NCBI GenBank assembly: GCA_900617105.1
Contig: UYFQ01000196.1
Location: 1-46,143, forward strand
Direction: 5' to 3'
DNA: 46,143 nt
Origin: Hydrurus foetidus
Lineage: Eukaryota
Below are positions 38,100-46,143 of this stretch, piece after piece. Both the position numbers and the translations under genes were made by a program. Below the pieces are notes generated by a model. It made no database searches. It was not told the origin of the DNA and saw nothing but the letters and a program-made list of their open reading frames with translations. Positions within the stretch are counted from its first letter, which is position 1. The number at the start of each line of letters is the position of its first letter.

Positions 38100-39239
38100 C
38101 AGCAGCAGCCGCCGCTCCAGTCGAAGGTAAACTGTTCGCAACAGATTCGTATTTGCTTTTGCGCTGTCCGCATATTATCCTCATTACATCTACACGTTTG
38201 CCATTGCCGCTGACTATTTCCCGAAGCATCCATCAATAAATTCTGCGTCAAGCAGTGATTAAGATTGGATGACGTCTGTGTATGCCGATCTATTGTTCAA
38301 TAATCTCTTGCCATCCCTAGACCTGCTCTATGATCCTTTCTACATTTCCGTTTATAACGAATTTTCTACATTTCCGTTTATACCTACAGAACTAATTTTA
38401 AATGAATTCGCTAATTCAATAAAATTCTTATTTATCTTTCAAACCTACAGTGCCAGCAGCAGCAGTAAAAACTGTAACAGTCGAAGACGTCACGGAAGCT
38501 GTCAGCTCGAGCTTGACCCCAATACTAAGTTTCTTCCAACATTAGTAAGAATTATATTACGTCATAGCAATCCATTTAATGGTGGATCGTCGAAAGGAAC
38601 GAGGTTCACAGAATTTCGAAACGAGTTGCGTGAAGCCGCATATGGTGAGAGCTTGGCCACTGTATGCTGTATGGTAACTGGGATTGAAGTTGGTGAAGAA
38701 ATTGGCGCATTGGACGAGGATATTGTTGCATCGCACATACTACCGAGTAGTACAGCTGTAGAAATTGCCGCATTTTGTGAGATGTCTCTGGGTGATATTC
38801 AGAAACCGAAAATTTTGACTTTCCTTTCAAAAAACACTGAAGTCAGTTTTGATATATTTTACAGTTATCGTTTGTTCCTTTTGACCTCGTGAACCTGACC
38901 ACTTTTTTAAAAGATGGTTATTTGGAAAGAAGTTTGCCGTAAAAAAATCAGTGTTCAGAGGCAAAAAAGAAAAAATCGGTGATTATGATGGGCTCGAACT
39001 GAAGTTAGGGAATCTGGAACCTTTTCGACGTGCACCATCGTTTAAAAAGCGCTCACCGCTTCCTGTCACCTGCGGATAAAGAGACCTTCCGAGCGAAGAA
39101 GCTGCCACATTTTGGCTCCCCGGTCAAAAGCGAAATGCTTTCGCAACTTTGTGGTGGATTTGAAGGCGCCCTGAAAGAAACGCTGATGACCTCGATTAAG
39201 TATGAAGGTCCTGATTCGGATGATGAATTGTCAAGTTAG
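38100..39239 (+). pseudogene. Frameshifted HNH (HNH_2-like) endonuclease gene, Crinkler-type C-terminal domain
   Basis: CCMVTG...IVASHILPSS...KPKILTFLSKNTEVSFD, continuing in shifted frames as LQLSFVPFD, KMVIWKEVC...KIGDYDGLELKLGNLEPFRRAPSF, and SAHRFL...HFGSP...DSDDELSS*. About four frame switches (near 38525, 38858, 38910, 39045). An Ala-rich micro-exon lies at 38100-38126 and the main exon starts at 38451. Confidence 0.62.
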
Positions 39240-40146
39240 GAAAACACATTTTTTAAACTCACCAACGCAACCCCAGTAAAGATAGTATCAGAGATGATAG
39301 CAAATCCCCTTTATTCAAACACTTTGATATCAGATATCTTCTCTCACAGATCCCACTGTTTGTTCTCTGGTTATTTGAAACCGACTGTGACGTTGTTTTG
39401 GTATCTGTAGCGGTCACATATTCTCGGAAGCAATTCAATGATTGCTGAGAACTGCCAGTTCGATTTCGGTCTGAATGAGTGAGCTGTACATTTCCCGATG
39501 TCATTTTTATCGTCAATCAAATTGCAGCGTAATTCATACAGTGTGCTACGAAAGGCAGCACAAGCTAAACCTAGCCGCCTCCTTCAATAGATGCACCTCT
39601 GGATTCACGTACGTACGTGGCTCCCATAGCTGCGCCGAAAAAAAATGCGAAAATATCGCCTAACCCCTAGGTGATCAAACTTCGCTCCAATTTTAATATG
39701 ATAGCTCAGCTGAGTAAAGGACTCCAAATTCAGTCAACAGATCGCTGAAAGTTGTTGCATTAAAGGGCAAGAAGACAGTGGAATATCAATAAATTGGATG
39801 AAATTCAATTGTATTCGACTTTTTAACACCTTAATAATAATTGTATTTTGGGTATTTCGAACACCTAGGCCTCGAATAGCACATGTCTTTTTCTCAGTTC
39901 TGAACATCACATGAATACGGAGGTAATGCCCGCAAGTCAATGACATCTAGTCTCTCCAATAACCATGATCTAGGAAGGCGAAGCAAAGCACTGTATCTAC
40001 CAGGTAATGTTGAGACAGACTTATACAATAAAAATAAGTGCCATGACATCACACCCTCGACTTCAATCTTTCCATTGAAGACGGGCTGAAAAGAAAGTTT
40101 CCTGTCATCAGTGTGTCGGTGGATTTAGTCAGTCCATACAATTTCT

Positions 40147-41940
40147 TCAAACTTCAAGTGCGGCTTCTGCCTCAGCGGCAGCAATAGCGGCTGCCTTCTC
40201 ATTCTCCGCTGCTCTGAAAAACGCCTCAGCAGCCGCGGCAGCTGCCTCATGTATCACTGCTGCTGCATCCGCCCTTATCTTATTCTCAGGCACAGAAAAA
40301 GCTCTTAGCTGTACCATTCTATCTTCGATTTTAACCACAGGGAAGGAGGGATTAACAACCCCTTTTGAGAGGTGCAATAATTGAAGTTGATCTCCTACAT
40401 CAGGTCCGCTCATCCTTCCAGTTAGCGCTAGTCTGACAGTGTGGAATAATGGTTTCCCCTTCAGTCCAAGTTCCTTCCCAAGTGTTTTCATGTATGTTTT
40501 CCACACTTCAGGAAAATTCTCTTCAGGCCCTGTGGGGAGTACTTTAGCATCATAATCACGCAGTAATGCATTGATAACTTTCTCACAGGTCTCTGACTCT
40601 GCTAGTACCTCCAGTACGTGTGGGTCAGCCTCGATAGTATCCGATAGTTCGTACTTCAAGCACCCGCCGATGAGTCTTCTGGCGTCTATTATGAGTTCCA
40701 TGTCCTTCTGAGCGACTCCAGCTGCACGTACGACAAAAGCCGTTACACCCTCTGTAACTTCCGCACCTTTGACAAGAATTGGCTCCTCTCCGCCCTGTAG
40801 AGTATCGCCCACTAATGCTTCAATCTCCGTCCTTGGAATCGCACGTAAGTGCTGACCGTTTATCCATCTCAACTTCACCATGTCGAATACTGCTGGGCTC
40901 TTCACTACTCTGTTAAGATCAAATGCTGCAATTAATTCTTCAGGAGAATATATCTCTTTTGGTGTGCCGTCGTTCCAACCCAAATTGGCGAGGTAATTCA
41001 TCATTGCCTGAGGGAGGAAACCTTGTTCCGCAAATTGAGAAACGGAAGTTGCTCCGTGTCTTTTTGACAACTTTGAGCGATCTTGACCGAGAATAAGAGA
41101 GCAATGTGCGTATGTAGGTGGCCTATATCCCAGAGCCTCAAGTATGAGCATTTGACGCAGAGTGTTTGTAAGATGTTCTTCCGCCCTTATCACATGGGTG
41201 ATCTGCATGTTCGCGTCGTCCACTGCCACACAGAAGTTGTACACAGGCATTCCATTGGACCTCAATATAATGAAGTCGCCCAACGATGCATCCGCCTCCC
41301 ATGTTACCTTCCCGCGGACAACGTCATCTATTGAAACTACTTTTCCGTCAGGAACTTGGAATCTTACTGTGAAAGGTTCATTGTTATCTAGCTTCTTCTG
41401 GATTTCTACAGGATCGGCATTGCGCCATGTTCCATCGTACTTTGGGTCTACACCAGCAGCCTCGGCGATCTCGCGCTTTTTAGTCAACTCCTCTTCTGTG
41501 CAAAAGCATCTAAACGCCTTTCCAGATGCAATAAGCTGATCAGCATATTTCTTGTAAATGTCCTTCCTCTCGGACTGCCTGTATGGTCCAAAAGGTCCCT
41601 CAACTTCTGGTCCCTCATCCCACTTCATATTCATCCATGTCAGGTCGCCCAAAATCATGTTCTCCGATTCTCTGGTCGATCGTGCCTCATCAGTATCTTC
41701 AACTCTTACGATGAATGTGCCCTTTGTCTTTCTCGCTAACAGCCAGTTAAATAGCGCGGTTCTGGCACCTCCTACATGGAGAGATCCTGTAGGTGAGGGG
41801 GCAAATCGAACTCGCACAGGTGCTAGACTAGAGCTTTTTGCCATTACTAATGTCCTCAAACTAGTTTTGCGGAACGACGTGCCCCTGAAGGCGTTCGACA
41901 TGGATAAAAGCATGACAGAGATCCCCATCAACATCCTCAT
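40147..41940 (-). CDS. gltX: Glutamate--tRNA ligase, bacterial/organellar type, intronless, with a bipartite plastid-targeting presequence
   Basis: VRVRFAPSPTGSLHVGGARTALFNWL (HIGH-like), RVEDTD, YRQSER, DDANMQITHVIRAEEHL, KLSKRHGA (KMSKS-like), and anticodon-domain VRLALTGRMSGPD. Leader MRMLMGISVMLLSMSNA-FRGTSFRKTSLRTLVM fits a signal peptide plus ASAF-type cleavage site. Confidence 0.96.
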   Translation of the reverse strand: MRMLMGISVMLLSMSNAFRGTSFRKTSLRTLVMAKSSSLAPVRVRFAPSPTGSLHVGGARTALFNWLLARKTKGTFIVRVEDTDEARSTRESENMILGDLTWMNMKWDEGPEVEGPFGPYRQSERKDIYKKYADQLIASGKAFRCFCTEEELTKKREIAEAAGVDPKYDGTWRNADPVEIQKKLDNNEPFTVRFQVPDGKVVSIDDVVRGKVTWEADASLGDFIILRSNGMPVYNFCVAVDDANMQITHVIRAEEHLTNTLRQMLILEALGYRPPTYAHCSLILGQDRSKLSKRHGATSVSQFAEQGFLPQAMMNYLANLGWNDGTPKEIYSPEELIAAFDLNRVVKSPAVFDMVKLRWINGQHLRAIPRTEIEALVGDTLQGGEEPILVKGAEVTEGVTAFVVRAAGVAQKDMELIIDARRLIGGCLKYELSDTIEADPHVLEVLAESETCEKVINALLRDYDAKVLPTGPEENFPEVWKTYMKTLGKELGLKGKPLFHTVRLALTGRMSGPDVGDQLQLLHLSKGVVNPSFPVVKIEDRMVQLRAFSVPENKIRADAAAVIHEAAAAAAEAFFRAAENEKAAAIAAAEAEAALEV

Positions 41941-42574
41941 TTTTCCAGTGGAAGACAGCGGTCGTTACGCGCTATTAAGTTCTTGTCGATCGGAGTGCAG
42001 TAGCGGCTTGTGTTGGTTGCTGCGGAAGATCGTGAAGTGAAGCACGCCGGCGCGGAGATGAAGGAAGATATTATCCCAGGCGGGGGGGGGCATACGGTAT
42101 GATTCTACCGTGGGTGGAACCCTGACTTGAATAGTGAATAGTACACTTCTATCCGGTTCTCACAGCATCAGCAGATTGACGAAGAAGTTCTTGTTGTTGA
42201 TATCAAGGGGGTATAAAAGGAGAGGGGGCAGTCTTCCACCCAGAGGGATTCTCACACCGGCCCCACTTGAATTTTGAAAAAACAGAATACCCATGATTTT
42301 GATATTGCATCTAATTTTCGGTTTCGTTTTATAAAAAACGTACGTTCTTCCATGACATACGTTCTCACCTGTCTATGTAGCATTTAATTTCGAAGTCTCG
42401 AATTGCAATTTGACCATTTAAAACTTTAAGAGACTTTCTAAAATTTTGCAGTGATGCTAAATGATTTAGATTACAATTCATCACATTTTATTCGGATTTT
42501 TTCGGTATCACTAAAAGCATCATATGCGCGTTACAAAATGAGAAAGTGGTACGCAGTGTCGACTATTCTACAGT

Positions 42575-43050
42575 CCAAATCGATCGCACTGCTCTGATGA
42601 CCACCCGCATAGCGGCAGAAGCAGCTGATATCAGCTGTCACATCGCTGCCAAAGTCTTGGAAGCTGTTTCATAATGGTTCCTATAGTCGGCACCTGATTC
42701 TATGCAAAAATCATGAGTTTCTTGGAGTCAACAAATCTACATTCCAAATCGACCGCACAGCACTGATGAGAATTCACACAGCGGCAAAAGCGACTAATAC
42801 ATACCATAATGTCGCTGCCAAAGTCTTGGCCACTCAATCGTGATGGTTCATGTCGCCGACACCTGATTCGTTGCAAAAATCATGGGTTTCGATGAGTGAT
42901 CAATTCTACGAGCGAGCCAAATCGACCGCACTGCTCCTACGATTACCGGCACAGCGGCAAAAGCAGCTTATATCTGCCATGAAATCGCTGACGAAATCCT
43001 GGATGCCGATTCGCAATGGCTCCTACAGCCGAAACCTGTTTCAAGCAAAG
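42575..43050. repeat. Diverged tandem repeat, ~170-bp unit, about 2.8 copies
   Basis: CCAAATCGA(T/C)CGCAC starts at 42575, 42744 and 42917. Shared blocks are AGCGGCA(G/A)AAGC, TCGCTG, ATGG(T/C)TC and ACCTG(A/T)TTC. Confidence 0.88.
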
Positions 43051-43090
43051 CAGCGACAAAAAAAATACGAAGGTCAGAAAACTTTCGTTT

Positions 43091-43177
43091 CTCGAGGGCA
43101 TCTGCAGAAATTTCGGCTGTCGACATGAAATATAAGATGGAATCTACAGCTTGAAAGGCTGCAGATGCCCTTCGGAG
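43091..43177. other. Long imperfect inverted repeat / hairpin
   Basis: AGGGCATCTGCAG (43095-43107) pairs perfectly with CTGCAGATGCCCT (43159-43171). Inner TTTCGGCTGTCGA pairs imperfectly with TCTACAGCTTGAAA. Confidence 0.75.
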
Positions 43178-44505
43178 GCTAGCTCAAACTCAAGTTGGCG
43201 TTTCAGGTTCGATGACAACGACAGAGAATTTAACAATCATGTGATGTCAAAAAGAAAAAAATCTCACATCATCAGGTGAGCACTCCGTTTCTTGAGAAGG
43301 AGCATTTCCTCGAAGCGTGAGGTGTAGACCGCAGAATTTCTTCTGTGCGTAGTAGCAGTAGCAAATCTGCTAGCGGTAGCTCACACTTCGTGTATTTCAA
43401 ACTTGGGTGAGGAGGCGGTGAGAAAAAGCTGGGCGGGGCGGGAGCTTGTAAATGCCCCTTGTTGATTTGGCGTGCCAAAGGTGTTTTATTATTTTCACCG
43501 TTTTCCTGAGGATCCTGTACTTTTCTTTCTCCGCTCCTGTACCCTCGCATCTCCAAACTCCAAACCATCATACTCCTCTCAACTCATAGCACTGTAGAAA
43601 ATGCAGCTTCACTCCAGTTGGAAAAGTGAATCAGCAGTTCCTCAACATGCCTATCATAGCAGCTATAGCCGCTACTCATTCCTTTGGAAATTTTCATCAC
43701 GAGAGAAATCAAGCATCCCGAAGACTCATGAAAACAGGAGATTTCACCATCTCCAAACCATACAGAGTATCTGCGACAGCAGGTAAGACTCTTCTAACGC
43801 TTGATTCTTGCTTGAACATGCACCAAAATCTAGCTACTTAACTTTAATACGTCAAAGGCTGACGCCAAATGTTCCATTCCACCGAAATTTTTTGATGCCA
43901 TTTTCGTCTTAAAAAATAGTTCCTCTCTATTTTGCAACTGAGCCGCTCAATTCACACGAAATTCTGAGCGAAGTAGCAAAGTATATCTGTCATGATGCTT
44001 GCAAATTCTTAGGGTCTCATGTATTATGTGGCATTTGCTGTTATAGTTACAAGCGTTCAAAAACATCACCTCAATATCACCATCACTTTTGCAAATATCT
44101 CGCGGATTATTACTCTGCTGATAGAATAGAATATTGTGATCATTACATTACATACTGAATAGAATGTCTTGAAGATTTCGCAGTAGAGCATAACAAATTG
44201 TAATTAAAAGCATTCTTATCCTGAGAAAAGTGCTCTTTCATGGACAGTTTTTGAATCTTCTATATGCTTATGCAAAATGCCGCTTGCAAAACGGCGGTTA
44301 AAAGAACCAGTCTAGCTCGAGTGCAAGGGGCAATGGGCTTTTATCTCCTTAGACAATTCTGGGTCAGCAGCACGCTAAGCACTGAGAAATTGCTGATGTT
44401 TCTCTAGTAAATAGGCAGAGATGAAATAGCTCCGGTTGCAACATCCTTTGAACAGCAAAAAGTGCAATGCTACCAGCGTTAGAAAGCCATTTGTAATTGA
44501 CGGTT

Positions 44506-44860
44506 TGTGACAGCGTTCTGAAACATGAAGGTCCAGCTGTCCATGAAAGAGCGTTTCTCGGGACCAGAATGCTTTAATTGATGCTCTGTCAATGTAACGT
44601 CTATTCTATCGCTGAAGCTCACAGCGAGTAGTGATATTTCTTCTCGTGCTGGAAGGCAAAAGAGGAAGGGAAATCTAAAGGCTAAAGGAGCTTGTTAGTT
44701 AGGGATGAAGACAGAAGGTACGCTAGTAACTTCTGCAAAGCTAGCTAGTGACTGATAGTCGTGGCTGTGAACACGAGGGGCACTAAGGTGGAAACAGCAT
44801 CTAATCGGCTGAATGGGGTAGCAGACCCTGAGGGAGCCACACTACCCCTACTTATCTCTC
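44506..44860 (-). mobile_element. Candidate polypurine tract (44842-44860) and 3' LTR of the gypsy element
   Basis: On the minus strand GAGAGATAAGTAGGGGTAG is followed directly by TGTGGCTCCC at 44841. A matching ...GTCACA end lies at 44506 (an alternative ...GCCACA at 44027). The partner LTR is outside the window, so the far boundary is unverified. Confidence 0.45.
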
Positions 44861-45212
44861 GTTTTCTCATTTCTCTCTCCCTCTCCCTCTCTCTCTCTTG
44901 GTGAGTCTCTAGCTACAGTGTGTAACAAAACAAATATGACTCAAGCGTGAGAAAAAAAAATGCAGAAAAAGATAATAAAAAATAAAAATAAAAATAAAAT
45001 ACAGAAATAAATGCGTACAATAAATACAGATATTTGTACATGTGAGAGATGGGGAAAGCGAGAAACGAGAGTGCCTAGATGTGTTGTAACTAAGTGTTCC
45101 CCTACACATTTATGTCAGATTTTTACTGACTAAACCTCCTGAAAAGCAACGTAACGTTGTAAAAATGAGGAGGAATCTTCCAAAGATAATGTGTAGGTCG
45201 TTCCTGGGGAAC

Positions 45213-46143
45213 TTACTTGTCTGTCGGAATTATTTTCGACATGCCGTGAAGGCGTAGATATGTGTGAAGAGCGTCTGTAAGACGAAGATTCTTCCACGAC
45301 TCCCACGTATTGTGCGAGTCATCAAAGTCAGTCCATTTGACTAAAAACCGCATTTGGGTTTTGCGCCTGGAATTACCTTGGTGTTGAAGAATGGAATCGA
45401 TAAAGAATTCCATATAATCGCGGCGTGATACATCAGCAGGATCCGTGTGTTTCGGATTGAAAACAAATTGTTTAAGATTACTAATATGAAGATGTTTATG
45501 TTTCTTCGTAGTTATATCTAACAACGTATAATCAGAATTGTGAATCGATATCACTTGAAACGGTCCCCGCCACAACGTGTGTAACCGTGTGGGCGGTTGT
45601 GTGGTATATCTAGCCAACACATATGAACCTACGGGAAAAACCGTTATATCCTGTGGACTTGTGGCAACGTGAGCCGCGTCCATTGTGCGCAAAGCAGTTT
45701 GTGCTTGGGCAATCAGGGTATCCTGGATGTGATACATCTCACAGACCACTTTCGATGCGGAAGTTTCCACTTCCGGTAATTGTGGGAATGGTGACAGTAT
45801 GCCCGAATCAAGATTGATTTGGTTACCAAACAATAAACTTGCTGGAGAGGCATTGGTACTGCTGTGAATTGAAGAATTCAAAATGCGCTGTACAAACGGT
45901 AAGCAGTTTTTGTACTGGTATACGTCGTTTGTATCATACAGGAACGAACGTAAGTACCGGTTAATTTCTTTATTAACTCGTTCAACTATAGCATTCTCTT
46001 GTTTAGAGTATGCTAGTGTCAAGTTGTGGGGTGTACCCGTTGACACGAGGAATTGTTTGATCAATTCGTTAGCAAAATGCGAACCCCGATCAGATCAATT
46101 TGGGGTGCACCGTATCTTGCAAAGTGCGAACCCCGACTAGTGT
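45213..46143 (-). mobile_element. Ty3/gypsy (chromovirus-like) LTR retrotransposon, 3' end of pol: integrase core, GPY/F region and chromodomain. Degenerate, runs off the window edge
   Basis: SDRGSHFANELIKQFL...AYSKQENAIVERVNKEI (second D and the E of DDE), LHTLWRGPFQV, HISNLKQF, and chromodomain FFIDSILQHQG...FLVKWTDFDDSHNTWESWKNL. Confidence 0.92.

Noticed and set aside
41083..42040. Plus-strand ORFs overlapping gltX, and the many antisense ORFs within PRKDC
   Set aside because: Antisense shadows of real coding exons, with no motifs of their own.
43601..43841. Short ORFs with a good AG|GTAAG donor near 43781
   Set aside because: No recognisable domain, and I could not find a convincing downstream exon.

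Overview
This is eukaryotic nuclear DNA with GT-AG introns, probably from a plastid-bearing stramenopile (chrysophyte-like), as inferred from ASAF-type bipartite targeting peptides. From left to right it contains: the 3' part of a spliced fabG-type 3-oxoacyl-ACP reductase (+); a 3-exon RusA-family Holliday-junction resolvase with a signal peptide and 'NS-F' transit-like leader (+); a ~23.6 kb DNA-PKcs (PRKDC) gene of about 16 exons (-); a head-to-head 14-exon gene for a type I membrane beta-propeller-like protein (+); a frameshifted HNH-nuclease (Crinkler-like) pseudogene (+); an intronless plastid-targeted glutamyl-tRNA synthetase (-); a diverged ~170 bp triple repeat followed by a long hairpin; and the integrase-chromodomain end of a Ty3/gypsy retrotransposon (-). 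Many introns hold large 4-7 bp microsatellites that create spurious ORFs. The best candidate for an undescribed system is the intron-containing, phage/bacterial-type RusA with an apparent plastid-import leader, which could be the Holliday-junction resolvase of a red-lineage secondary plastid. Exon boundaries were read by hand and family calls come from remembered motifs; no database search was run.
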